Notes: generated by a model not told the origin, from the letters alone. DNA of 64,000 bases from a virus (IMGVR_UViG_3300028840_001835), one strand, 5' to 3'; numbered from the stretch's first letter, positions 52,438 to 61,391 are shown. Numbers and translations: made by a program.

Positions 52438-52869
52438 TCAAACATGCGGAACCGTGTTTTGACAGAAATCCAATTTCTTATATCTCCTCTCCCATTCTTT
52501 AATGGTGAGATTCCTAATCGGTACATCTTTTGTGCCAAACAATTTGAGTTTTAGTTCCATTATCATTTTCTCTACGTTACTAAATTTGCTATAACATTTA
52601 TGTATCTTATCACGATTGATCAATGCAACGCCCGCATTCTTACAGATGTTTCTCATCTTCTTTATAGTACCTGGCGTTCTATATCTCATCGACCAGAACA
52701 GATGTGGTTGTGTTGTTCCGGCACCAAAATCCATAACAAAATAACAGTACCAATACTTCTTAAAAGCAGGACCTTCTTGCTTGTCAGATACATCCTTGCC
52801 AGCCCAGGCATTCTGCGATGCCCAACACTCTAGGATTGCCAGACCAAAAAACTCAACATCTATCTTCAT
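52438..52869 (-). CDS. hypothetical protein, family B paralog
   Basis: MKIDVEFFG, CYFVMDFG..T..P..FW. Confidence 0.7.
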   Translation of the reverse strand: MKIDVEFFGLAILECWASQNAWAGKDVSDKQEGPAFKKYWYCYFVMDFGAGTTQPHLFWSMRYRTPGTIKKMRNICKNAGVALINRDKIHKCYSKFSNVEKMIMELKLKLFGTKDVPIRNLTIKEWERRYKKLDFCQNTVPHV

Positions 52870-52885
52870 TTGAAAAACCTTTCAC

Positions 52886-53332
52886 TTAAATTTCATTTGG
52901 TATTTTCTGCATTGTATCTCTTAAATTTCTATACCTATTTAACCATTCATCCTTGGTCAGATATTTTATAGGTATTGGTTCGTTTCCAAATTTCATCTTT
53001 AAGGTCGTCACCATTTTCTCTGCGATGGAAAGCTTGCCTTGTGTATTCAATGATCTCTGATTCATTAATGCCAACCCCGGGTTCTCACATATGGCGATTA
53101 ATTTCCTTACCGGATCTTGATTGGCGTACTTCTTTGACCAGAACAATATAGGGCTCTTGGTATTCCTTCCAAGATCCAGAACAAAATAACAACGACTAAT
53201 CACCTGAATCGGACCATAGTAATTATGTTTATGCTGTTCAGCACTCTCCTCTGTATCATAAACCTCATAATTACCAAACTGACCATATCCTTTATATATG
53301 GCAAACCCAAAAAACTCAACGTCTAAATTCAT
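52886..53332 (-). CDS. hypothetical protein, family B paralog
   Basis: MNLDVEFFG, CYFVLDLG..T..P..FW. Confidence 0.7.
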   Translation of the reverse strand: MNLDVEFFGFAIYKGYGQFGNYEVYDTEESAEQHKHNYYGPIQVISRCYFVLDLGRNTKSPILFWSKKYANQDPVRKLIAICENPGLALMNQRSLNTQGKLSIAEKMVTTLKMKFGNEPIPIKYLTKDEWLNRYRNLRDTMQKIPNEI

Positions 53333-53589
53333 GTCTTATCCGCTTTCCTTCTTAACACGATATAATGTCTATGTTTTGAACACCAGAACACCAGATCCCC
53401 AATACCCATATATATGATATTGGTCGAGACCACATATCCATTATCCAACACCAATATTGATAGATCCTTCTCCGTTGGAACAATATGAAACGTGGAAATC
53501 CTGCCAATATATTCCTTGCCACATTCCTTTTTGATACATCCCATGAACAATAGGGCGGACAACAAAAACATATACATCATTCCTCGCAT
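53329..53589 (-). CDS. putative lipoprotein
   Basis: LLSALLFMGC lipobox. Confidence 0.55.
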   Translation of the reverse strand: MRGMMYMFLLSALLFMGCIKKECGKEYIGRISTFHIVPTEKDLSILVLDNGYVVSTNIIYMGIGDLVFWCSKHRHYIVLRRKADKT

Positions 53590-53942
53590 TCAAACACCTT
53601 CTTTATCTTGTAATAATCAAATGTAATCTCTTTAAATTCAAAAGCATCCTGAAGTATCCTCATCACCTGCAACCATTGTTTGAATGTATATATGTGATAC
53701 CTATAAACATCATTGACTATTATGAAATCCAGGTTCTTCAGTAAAAACAACTTCCTTGCCTTAATGATCCCCTCAGCCAGTTCCAGAGTTCTATACTCAA
53801 ACGGGTTCTTCTCAAAGAATGAAAATATAATAAAACCCTTATCCTCCCTGGTCTTGGCTATGTCATAACCCCAAGACGAAAAATTTGATTTAGTATCCGC
53901 CATGAGCCTATTCTCAATCAACATCAGAAATGACTTACTCAT
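53577..53942 (-). CDS. hypothetical protein, family C (LFLLKNL)
   Basis: shared h-F-L-x-[GNK]-h motif. Confidence 0.6.
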   Translation of the reverse strand: MSKSFLMLIENRLMADTKSNFSSWGYDIAKTREDKGFIIFSFFEKNPFEYRTLELAEGIIKARKLFLLKNLDFIIVNDVYRYHIYTFKQWLQVMRILQDAFEFKEITFDYYKIKKVFECEE

Positions 53943-54166
53943 AATCCGGCATTTTTATTGACTTTCCAATCCTCGGTGATACTCTTGACATTAAACGGAG
54001 AGAAATATTCATCTATAAACTGTTGCTCCCCATAATGTTTATCCCCATGTTCATTGATGAAGGTTGTCTTATCCATGAACTGATATATCTTTCCCTCTTT
54101 GGCCTCGATTGTACCATCTGACATAACTAGGGTCCTTTTACACATCTTTTTAAACTCTGACGACAT
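53939..54166 (-). CDS. hypothetical protein
   Basis: 75 aa. Confidence 0.5.
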   Translation of the reverse strand: MSSEFKKMCKRTLVMSDGTIEAKEGKIYQFMDKTTFINEHGDKHYGEQQFIDEYFSPFNVKSITEDWKVNKNAGL

Positions 54167-54343
54167 CCACTCTCCTCCATCGACCGCCGTTAATCTTTGG
54201 ATTGGATCTTATCTCCGACGCATGCTTGTCGCAGTAGTAGAATGTCTTATATCTTCCACTAACTTGTCGAACCTTGTAGTTCTCCCACATGACCCTTGCC
54301 ACACATCTGCGAGTATGACCAATATTACTACACGATCTCCGTC

Positions 54344-54649
54344 TCATCTATTCCTTATATCACTAAGTGCGTGTTTTATATCCTTCTCCCTAAACTTTTC
54401 CCCAATCTGATCTTCCACGATCTTGACAAACCGCTTGAATGTCTTTTTCGATCTGAACTCAATCCTTACATACTGTTTAGTCACCCTATATTTCATGCCC
54501 GAGATAAGAATCATCCTTTCAACCAATTCAAAGAAACTAAGGTTCATATCTATATGTGGAATAATTCTTTTTCCATACAATATATGAAATTGATTCTTTC
54601 CAGAATCTGTGTTCACACAGGTTATTAACTTTCTATTTTTTAAAAACAT
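54344..54649 (-). CDS. hypothetical protein, family C (ILISGM)
   Basis: shared motif. Confidence 0.6.
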   Translation of the reverse strand: MFLKNRKLITCVNTDSGKNQFHILYGKRIIPHIDMNLSFFELVERMILISGMKYRVTKQYVRIEFRSKKTFKRFVKIVEDQIGEKFREKDIKHALSDIRNR

Positions 54650-54659
54650 AATCTATCTC

Positions 54660-55157
54660 TTAATTCTCATCTCGAAACCATGGATGATCAAGACTTTTAG
54701 GCCTACTATTTTTCCTAGCCTCATAATCCTCCGAGACAAACTTTTTGTATCCATCGGGATATATTATAATTATCCTCTTTCCTTTCTTAACCGCATATCT
54801 TATGGTTGCCCATGTTCCCGATCTCAATCTATTGGCAATACCATCGGGAGTTGCGATCAGAAGTGATGAACCATCCACTATATCACGATTACGATCAAGA
54901 TATGGTTTTTCATCAAGTGTTACAACCCTTTCATTCTTGGGTTCCTTGAATCTCTTTCTTGCGACAACAGGTGGATGTAATATCACTCTATTGTTCTCAT
55001 TGATGGCAAGGGTTATTAGATACGCCTCATGGTCAGCACCAATACATTGACCATTTCTCAAGGTTATATCCTGATTAGCTATCATATCGGAAAAGACCTT
55101 TAGTTGCTTTTTAGTCATACCCTTCTGGGTTCCTGTGAAACCAATAGTAACCATCAC
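54660..55157 (-). CDS. SLOG/DprA-superfamily protein
   Basis: IGFTGT, G.CIGAD, RNRDIVD, SGTWATIRYA. Confidence 0.75.
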   Translation of the reverse strand: MMVTIGFTGTQKGMTKKQLKVFSDMIANQDITLRNGQCIGADHEAYLITLAINENNRVILHPPVVARKRFKEPKNERVVTLDEKPYLDRNRDIVDGSSLLIATPDGIANRLRSGTWATIRYAVKKGKRIIIIYPDGYKKFVSEDYEARKNSRPKSLDHPWFRDEN

Positions 55158-55501
55158 ATATTCTCAAATATTTCCTCGCCGGTATCCTTTCTCCAGACCC
55201 GACCAGAGCCATTCATCTTCATGGTGATTCTATTCTTGGGAAACAAGTTTTCAAGAAAAACGATTCCATGAAGTAGATGACCAAGTATCGGAACCTCACC
55301 TGCACGGTCGAGGGTATCCTTTATCTTATTCACCTTAAGATAGTCCTCCATGGTGAGAAGGTTGGAGCCACACTTAGGACATTCCATGTTGACCCATTTA
55401 TAATATTCATCGAGAGGAACCTCCATGTTCTCCCAATTACATCCTTTGGCATCACATTGAATACCAGCGACCTTCATAACCTTTTCAGATAACGGTCTCA
55501 T
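55154..55501 (-). CDS. zinc-ribbon protein
   Basis: CDAKGC, CPKCG. Confidence 0.6.
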   Translation of the reverse strand: MRPLSEKVMKVAGIQCDAKGCNWENMEVPLDEYYKWVNMECPKCGSNLLTMEDYLKVNKIKDTLDRAGEVPILGHLLHGIVFLENLFPKNRITMKMNGSGRVWRKDTGEEIFENM

Positions 55502-55536
55502 GATTCATCCTTTCTTTTTTATTTCCGTTCAACACA

Positions 55537-55565
55537 AATATAGTAAAAAGTTTTCTATCTGTCAA
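55537..55565 (-). promoter_or_regulatory. early-type promoter TTGACA-N17-TATATT
   Basis: reverse complement match. Confidence 0.7.
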
Positions 55566-55884
55566 CCATTTCATCTAACCTCTCCTTCACCAAACTAATA
55601 TCATTTTTGTCAAGAGTACATCTATAACCAGGCTCAAAACAATAGATAAATTCATCAAAAGCCTCTGTTGTTGGGAATTGAAAAATATATGTTCCTGGCT
55701 CTTTAATATATTTTAAACCTTTAAGAAATACCAATTTAGAAAAACCAAATTCAGGATCTTCATACCAACTTCTGGCGATTGTAATATAAGGAATCTCCCT
55801 ATCAAAAGATACATCGAAACAAGGTCCTGTTGAACCGACCGTTATGTCAGAACGATTCTTCATGTCACCAATCCATAATTTCAA
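55555..55884 (-). CDS. hypothetical protein, family C (LVFLKGL)
   Basis: shared motif. Confidence 0.6.
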   Translation of the reverse strand: MKLWIGDMKNRSDITVGSTGPCFDVSFDREIPYITIARSWYEDPEFGFSKLVFLKGLKYIKEPGTYIFQFPTTEAFDEFIYCFEPGYRCTLDKNDISLVKERLDEMVDR

Positions 55885-56149
55885 TTATTTCATTTTGTGA
55901 ATCTATTTCAAATTCAATATCCCAGACCTTTTCCAGTAAATCAACCACAATGACAAACTCTTCCGGAGTCTTGATGAATATACTACAATCTTTACCAAAT
56001 CGTTTTTCCTCTATCTTTGATAGAAATATTAGATTATAAAATTTAATATTTCTTCCAATCGACCATTGAAAATTCAAAAGAAGATATCCATCCTCTTTAC
56101 GAAAAGCAATATGATAATCACCATCCGTGGTATGTAACTTTAAATTCAT
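55865..56149 (-). CDS. hypothetical protein, family C (LIFLSKI)
   Basis: shared motif. Confidence 0.6.
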   Translation of the reverse strand: MNLKLHTTDGDYHIAFRKEDGYLLLNFQWSIGRNIKFYNLIFLSKIEEKRFGKDCSIFIKTPEEFVIVVDLLEKVWDIEFEIDSQNEIIEIMDW

Positions 56150-56152
56150 TTA

Positions 56153-56371
56153 TTAGAATGTAAAAGATATACCCTCGGACTGGTCCACCTTACCACGTTC
56201 CACGGGTGCGAAACTGGCACCGTTCCACGTCATCTGCTCATATGTGCCATTCGGTGAGAGTCTTATTATATCGAGCAGTCCATTCTTGACGGCTTTAATA
56301 TCTCCCTCAGGTATCGCTTGATGTGAGACCTGTTTAATCGTTCCATCGTCAAAAACATAAATGTATAACAT
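56153..56371 (-). CDS. hypothetical protein
   Basis: GGAGG RBS, 72 aa. Confidence 0.55.
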   Translation of the reverse strand: MLYIYVFDDGTIKQVSHQAIPEGDIKAVKNGLLDIIRLSPNGTYEQMTWNGASFAPVERGKVDQSEGISFTF

Positions 56372-56383
56372 ACCTTCCTCCTT

Positions 56384-56677
56384 TTACCATGCCATCTCTG
56401 TTATCACCTTTTGGATATCTTCCACTCTACTTTTATCATTTAGATGTTTGTCTGAGAATTGAATAAACTTTAAAAACTCCTCACGGTTGAAAATGCTAAC
56501 ATACGTCCAACCTTTACGTTTAAATAATTTATAATTCGCAAGAAATAACCACTTTATTATTCTATCGTGTGTACCTTGATTCCGTGAAGCAATCCTAATT
56601 CTTAATCGTTTACTATTCACCTTTCGAAATAGTGTACGATTAGTTTTGCCGTGTACATGAAATGTTTTCATCGCCAC
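56384..56677 (-). CDS. hypothetical protein, family C (WLFLANY)
   Basis: shared motif. Confidence 0.6.
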   Translation of the reverse strand: MAMKTFHVHGKTNRTLFRKVNSKRLRIRIASRNQGTHDRIIKWLFLANYKLFKRKGWTYVSIFNREEFLKFIQFSDKHLNDKSRVEDIQKVITEMAW

Positions 56678-56964
56678 CCCATCGCCTGTGACAAGGCCAC
56701 CACATCATTGGCCATTGTGTTAGTCTTGAATTCATGATGAAATGAAAATATCTTAAAGAACTTTCTAAGCTCGTTTTCGTTATAGACAAAAAACCTAGTC
56801 AACCCCTCCTGCCTGAATGATTCAATACCAGATAGAAACAACAACCTCAATAACTGGACATGGATGTTACTTATATCAATGTATATGTAACCCTCCAGAT
56901 GTCCAGTATAAGAGAAGTCCGTTAGATGAGGATCTCTTGCATAGAATTTACAAGCGTCCCTCAT
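56668..56964 (-). CDS. hypothetical protein, family C (LLFLSGI)
   Basis: shared motif. Confidence 0.6.
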   Translation of the reverse strand: MRDACKFYARDPHLTDFSYTGHLEGYIYIDISNIHVQLLRLLFLSGIESFRQEGLTRFFVYNENELRKFFKIFSFHHEFKTNTMANDVVALSQAMGWR

Positions 56965-57377
56965 CCGTTCTGTTCTTTCAATGTTGGTTGTAAACCTTGA
57001 CTATATGCCACATTCAAGAGATACATATACTCTGTCCATATTGTCTTGGGTTTCCATGCATCTGCAGACAACCACGGCGTTCTATTACAACCAACTCTAC
57101 CAGTGTCCAAACGAATAGGACAACCAATACAATGATCTTTATTGGATATATTCTGGTCATGCACAAACACGTTACAATAAGCACAATCCTCACCGCGTTT
57201 TGAGAATCCACCATTAACGGTTGACCAGAGCTTAACCTCGCAACCCGTCTCCTTCGCCTCTTCGGAGAGAATCACATTTCTTCTCCAATGTTTGAGAACC
57301 CTACGGGTAAGAGAACGCATTCTGCGTTCCCCTACCTTTCGCGGCTTTTTTGTTTTATCCTTCATTCCCATCCCCAT
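56961..57377 (-). CDS. Cys-rich hypothetical protein
   Basis: CAYC, CIGCPI, CNRTPW. Confidence 0.6.
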   Translation of the reverse strand: MGMGMKDKTKKPRKVGERRMRSLTRRVLKHWRRNVILSEEAKETGCEVKLWSTVNGGFSKRGEDCAYCNVFVHDQNISNKDHCIGCPIRLDTGRVGCNRTPWLSADAWKPKTIWTEYMYLLNVAYSQGLQPTLKEQNG

Positions 57378-57658
57378 GCTCTTTGAGCACGCCAGGCGCT
57401 ATCATTACAATTCGGTTTCAACCTAATCGGCTCCATGGTCTCAAACCCGAATATGATTACCGGGGCCACTATGGTCTCGACCAGGATGACGCCCCAGACG
57501 ATGTTACCAATAGATGCCGAATAATCGACACAGTCCGATCTGTACTCTCCAGAATCGAACAGGCCATAGGTCTCATACTTGAAACCATCAAGCACCTTTG
57601 GATCGGCGCATGCTGTAAGCAGGACCACGGCAACCAGAATGGTTAAAATCTTTTTCAT
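57362..57658 (-). CDS. putative lipoprotein
   Basis: MKKILTILVAVVLLTAC lipobox; second hydrophobic segment. Confidence 0.7.
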   Translation of the reverse strand: MKKILTILVAVVLLTACADPKVLDGFKYETYGLFDSGEYRSDCVDYSASIGNIVWGVILVETIVAPVIIFGFETMEPIRLKPNCNDSAWRAQRAWGWE

Positions 57659-57682
57659 TTCTTTCTCCTTTGTTAAGTGTGG

Positions 57683-58051
57683 TTACCAGTTAATCTTTTT
57701 TATGAATGTTTCAATGAGTTTCTTATCATATTTTATTTTTTCATTATTAAATCCTACATGGCAAGCGTAACAATATTTCCTAAGATCATCTGCAGTCTTA
57801 ATGTATACGATTGTCATATCCTCCGCTTCTTCATGTTCAAGATTTGATAAAAAGAACATTCTTGAAAATGTACAATCCGACTTTACCCATGAACTATTAA
57901 CATAGGTTTCCCAATGATCCCGCTTGGGATCAAACCTAAGATCAATAGTGACAGATAGACCGATTGATACCTCCACTGAGAAATCTGGATCAGATCGTTC
58001 CTCCGATCTAAGTGCTTCAAAGAAACCGTTGGACATTAAACTCCCACTCAA
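57683..58051 (-). CDS. hypothetical protein, family C (MFFLSNL)
   Basis: shared motif. Confidence 0.6.
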   Translation of the reverse strand: MSGSLMSNGFFEALRSEERSDPDFSVEVSIGLSVTIDLRFDPKRDHWETYVNSSWVKSDCTFSRMFFLSNLEHEEAEDMTIVYIKTADDLRKYCYACHVGFNNEKIKYDKKLIETFIKKINW

Positions 58052-58292
58052 AAGGTCCTGTCAAGACCATACCATTATCGGCCATCACATCATATAAGGT
58101 CTTTACAATCTTCATATCAAATTCAAAACAATGTTCATACCAAGACTTTGTAAATTTGTTTGTCGGTCTAATACCAAGAAGAAATAATTGTCGAAACAAT
58201 CTTGCTCTCATATCAAGATATGTCATATGTGCCATAATTCCACCTGGCTGTGGATATGAACATTTACCCAACAGTTTAGACATACCTCTCAT
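58017..58292 (-). CDS. hypothetical protein, family C (LFLLGI)
   Basis: shared motif. Confidence 0.55.
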   Translation of the reverse strand: MRGMSKLLGKCSYPQPGGIMAHMTYLDMRARLFRQLFLLGIRPTNKFTKSWYEHCFEFDMKIVKTLYDVMADNGMVLTGPFEWEFNVQRFL

Positions 58293-58552
58293 TCTCCTTC
58301 ATCGTAATACTGGTCACTCTCTGGAACAAAGCAAAGTTCATCCAACCTTCGTATCATCTTCTTATCTCTTTCGGACTCTTTGTTGTATAGGACGACATAT
58401 GTGGTGGCCGTTCCCACCCATCCATGAAGACCAGTCAGCAAAACAAGACTGACAAATCTCTCCATGTTATATGTTCTATATCTTTTCATCCATCGTTCCA
58501 TATATCTATCCCAGTTTCGGAGCCTCACGATCTGAAAAATATATGACATCAA
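58289..58552 (-). CDS. hypothetical protein, family C (LVLLTGLHGW)
   Basis: shares ERD.KMI.RL with next two genes. Confidence 0.6.
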   Translation of the reverse strand: MMSYIFQIVRLRNWDRYMERWMKRYRTYNMERFVSLVLLTGLHGWVGTATTYVVLYNKESERDKKMIRRLDELCFVPESDQYYDEGE

Positions 58553-58754
58553 TCACTGGATATGCATTCTTATTCCACTCCTGAATAGCCAGGTCGTTCA
58601 ATCTTTTCAACATCCACTTTTCCCTCTCGGACCTTGAATCATATCTCACAGAGAAAGAGACAGAGTTCTCTTCCCACCCCTTCAATCCGGATAACCAGAC
58701 CAATCTTCTGAAGGCGGTTATATCATAAACTCTAAATGTCCTAATCCTCTTCAT
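58506..58754 (-). CDS. hypothetical protein, family C (FRRLVWLSGLKGW)
   Basis: 13-aa identity with 58757-58972. Confidence 0.65.
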   Translation of the reverse strand: MKRIRTFRVYDITAFRRLVWLSGLKGWEENSVSFSVRYDSRSEREKWMLKRLNDLAIQEWNKNAYPVIDVIYFSDREAPKLG

Positions 58755-58756
58755 AT

Positions 58757-58972
58757 CTAGGGTAACCCGGAGTCCTCATCAACAAAAATGGCAAGGGTAT
58801 CTAATCTCTCTATCATCTTCGTATCCCTTTTAGAATCCTTATCATAACGAACAGCAAATGTATAGTAACTTTCCCTCCATCCCTTCAGCCCAGACAACCA
58901 GACCAATCTTCTAAAATTTTCCATGTCCGCCGCCAGATCGCCGGTCCTATAGACCCTCACCCGCTTGTTCAT
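58757..58972 (-). CDS. hypothetical protein, family C (FRRLVWLSGLKGW)
   Basis: ATG at 58972. Confidence 0.65.
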   Translation of the reverse strand: MNKRVRVYRTGDLAADMENFRRLVWLSGLKGWRESYYTFAVRYDKDSKRDTKMIERLDTLAIFVDEDSGLP

Positions 58973-58979
58973 GATCCCC

Positions 58980-59276
58980 CTAGGGCACCCAGATATGATC
59001 ATCCCGTGCCCTCATCTCTTCCTTAAATGATCTCAATCTTCTTAGGGCCCCCAGACAGTTTCGATGTTCGATCTTCCCGTGAACATATCGGATCATAAAC
59101 CTTCCCTTCCATCCACTCTCCAGATGCCGCATACCCGAAAGAAACATATATGCCTTCGCCCTCTTTGAATCAGGACCCATGTTGACTGTGAAAATCATAT
59201 CCATATCATTTCCTTCTATACAAATTTTTGAACCAAAGCCTAGTATCGGGGTGATAACTAAATCTTCTCCTTCCAA
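58980..59276 (-). CDS. hypothetical protein, family C (YMFLSGM); true start probably near 59205
   Basis: shared motif. Confidence 0.55.
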   Translation of the reverse strand: MEGEDLVITPILGFGSKICIEGNDMDMIFTVNMGPDSKRAKAYMFLSGMRHLESGWKGRFMIRYVHGKIEHRNCLGALRRLRSFKEEMRARDDHIWVP

Positions 59277-59583
59277 TTATCCTTATCTTGATCGTCTTTA
59301 AAATAAACTCCAGCTGTTTCCTATCAACAAGATAACATGGATCGTCATCCTTATCAATCGCAACCTGTTCAATATTCTTTAGAAAAAGCAAAGTATTCAT
59401 AGGGCTATCCTGCGGTAGACAGACCAAGAACTTATGATGGCTCTTATAGAACGTCAGAATTATAAACCCTCGATGCATTGTCCCTTTCCTTTTCATAAAA
59501 TGAAGTGCACCAACAAGATTCGCTGAATCATGCGTATTAAAACTTTCCAAAATTCGTTCTCCTGTTTCTAAGAAGATATCCAA
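59206..59583 (-). CDS. hypothetical protein, family C (LLFLKNI)
   Basis: shared motif. Confidence 0.55.
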   Translation of the reverse strand: MDIFLETGERILESFNTHDSANLVGALHFMKRKGTMHRGFIILTFYKSHHKFLVCLPQDSPMNTLLFLKNIEQVAIDKDDDPCYLVDRKQLEFILKTIKIRIIGRRRFSYHPDTRLWFKNLYRRK

Positions 59584-59780
59584 TGTACCAGGCTATGCCT
59601 TCGCAGGGCATGATGCTTCGCTCGGTCCTTCTTATCATCAAGATCCAGACCCTCCACCACAAAGACTGAGGGAAGTGTTTCTGGTACCACGAACCATGCT
59701 TTCAATTGTGAGAGAAAAAGAACCTTCTCAAATGCCTCCCGTCGGTCTGGCATGACCCTATAACGAACATCATATTTCAT
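59568..59780 (-). CDS. hypothetical protein, family C (VLFLSQL)
   Basis: shared motif. Confidence 0.6.
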   Translation of the reverse strand: MKYDVRYRVMPDRREAFEKVLFLSQLKAWFVVPETLPSVFVVEGLDLDDKKDRAKHHALRRHSLVHWISS

Positions 59781-59788
59781 TTTTCTTG

Positions 59789-60110
59789 TTCCAGAATCCT
59801 AAGTTATCATACCCGTTCCAAGATTCTCTCAAAAAACAGGCCATTAAGGCATACCCGTATAAGAATAACAATCCTTGATCAATGACTTTAATAATCTGGT
59901 ATGGGTTCTATTCCCTGGATCATAAATGACATGATAAGACCCTCCTCCAGATGCCCGAAACTCTATACCAGAGATGAATAACATCTTTCTCATACCTTCG
60001 CCTTTCAGAATATCAATAAATATACTAATGTGGAAGGTGGCCTCCTTATATCCGGGTCTTACCTTAATCATTTATTTTTGTTCCATATTCCAGAATCCTA
60101 AGTTATCATA
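59789..60110. repeat. 23-bp direct repeat TTCCAGAATCCTAAGTTATCATA (59789-59811, 60088-60110)
   Basis: exact match; each copy lies just upstream of a minus-strand family C gene and contains TATGAT on that strand. Confidence 0.75.
59844..60071 (-). CDS. hypothetical protein, family C (MLFISGI)
   Basis: shared motif. Confidence 0.6.
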   Translation of the reverse strand: MIKVRPGYKEATFHISIFIDILKGEGMRKMLFISGIEFRASGGGSYHVIYDPGNRTHTRLLKSLIKDCYSYTGMP

Positions 60111-60157
60111 TGGACCGGGGTCTGTCCAGAAAAAAGAGGGTATTAAGACGATGAGGG

Positions 60158-60242
60158 GGTCTGGGTTTTGGGTCTGGGTCCCTCCTGCAAGGCAAGACGT
60201 TTCTGGGTCCGGGTCTGGGTCCCTCGCAAAGCAAGACCATTT
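60158..60242. repeat. two imperfect ~40-bp tandem units rich in GGGTCTGGGTCC
   Basis: CTGGGT....GGGTCTGGGTCCCTC..GCAA.GCAAGAC twice. Confidence 0.6.
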
Positions 60243-60292
60243 CACGACCGCCGAAGAGAACTCTAAACGGTCCCTCCTTTTTCAAAAACGGC

Positions 60293-60482
60293 TTAATTCA
60301 GGGTATCTCTCACGACCACCCCGCTGTCAGGTTCATAGCATGGACCTATGGACCTCTCAATCCTCATCCGTTCTGTATGCTGTTCGGTGTCGTGTTTTAT
60401 ACATTCGGCGATCACGATCAAACAGACCACCCCCCAGGACGCCAGCAATCACATAAGACATTACCTCCTCCCAGTCCATCAT
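60293..60482 (-). pseudogene. membrane protein gene apparently frameshifted at a G6 tract (60430-60435)
   Basis: removing one G restores TM helix and ECxx...C pattern seen in 60479-60637. Confidence 0.4.
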
Positions 60483-60637
60483 GGCCCTCCTGTGGTGTCG
60501 ATGGGGAATGTGCAGTGGCGGAGCCGCTCCTCGAGCACTTTTATTTGAATCTCGCGGTTGTTACACTCGCTTACGAATATCATCACCACGGCGAACAGGA
60601 TTACAATCCATGCTATGATTAAATCAGATTTAGTCAT
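60479..60637 (-). CDS. 52-aa single-pass membrane protein (not in ORF track)
   Basis: MTKSDLIIAWIVILFAVVMIFVSECNNRE...; GGAAGGA RBS; promoter upstream. Confidence 0.6.
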   Translation of the reverse strand: MTKSDLIIAWIVILFAVVMIFVSECNNREIQIKVLEERLRHCTFPIDTTGGP

Positions 60638-60668
60638 TCCTTCCTTTCATGTTTTGTTCTCAATTGAA

Positions 60669-60696
60669 AATATACTAAAGTTTTGGACTTTGTCAA
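60669..60696 (-). promoter_or_regulatory. early-type promoter TTGACA-N16-TATATT
   Basis: reverse complement match. Confidence 0.7.
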
Positions 60697-60911
60697 CCAC
60701 CGGATGCTGGGGCCTTGGCGGGGTGGTGGCCGGGCTCTGGGTTGTGTTTTTGATTAAAAAGAAAGGGACCGGGGTGCCTGAATGTAGGGGGTTGGAGGTG
60801 GCAGCCCGGTCCCGGTGGGTGCGGGTGTCGTTCAGTATATCTCCTAGAACGCTTTCATGCCACCCTTTGGCGGGCACCCGCTGATGTGAGATAGGATCTT
60901 CCTCGACCTTC

Positions 60912-61109
60912 TCACCATCCTATCTTCTTTGAAATTACGGCTTTCATGCCGGGGGGTAATCTGGACCCTTTTTCTTCCATCACTTGGATGAAGTATTCGC
61001 CCGTGTCCCCGATGAACATAGAATCTCCAGACGGGGCGAAGCGGACGAGCCTAAGCATGACCTCATAGTCCATGTTGTCTATTGCCTTTTTTGTGTCTGG
61101 CGCTATCAT
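60912..61109 (-). CDS. hypothetical protein
   Basis: GGAG RBS; RFAPSG, G.TGEYF, SK.IGW. Confidence 0.65.
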   Translation of the reverse strand: MIAPDTKKAIDNMDYEVMLRLVRFAPSGDSMFIGDTGEYFIQVMEEKGSRLPPGMKAVISKKIGW

Positions 61110-61391
61110 GTGATCTCCTTTTTAAAAGAAAAGATAAGGGATGAGGGAGCGACCCTCATCCCTGAACCATGTTACGTTGGTGGGAGGGACGGATCAATTG
61201 ACTGCACAGTGCTTAACGATTATCGAGAGTCTAATGTTACAACGTGTGCACCACCCAGAGTAATCATGGTCACCGCTTTGTGAGCGGCTACTTGGTCGCC
61301 TCATCATGAACCCGCGAAAGCGGGCAGATAATAGGAAGTTTAATTATACCCCCAACTAACGACCAAGATTCCTTAAACAGAGAAAGGCCCC

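Noticed and set aside
59974-60884. Plus-strand ORFs 59974-60456, 60348-60548, 60377-60622, 60558-60884 and similar antisense ORFs throughout
   Set aside because: No RBS, overlap better-supported minus-strand genes, tRNAs or repeats
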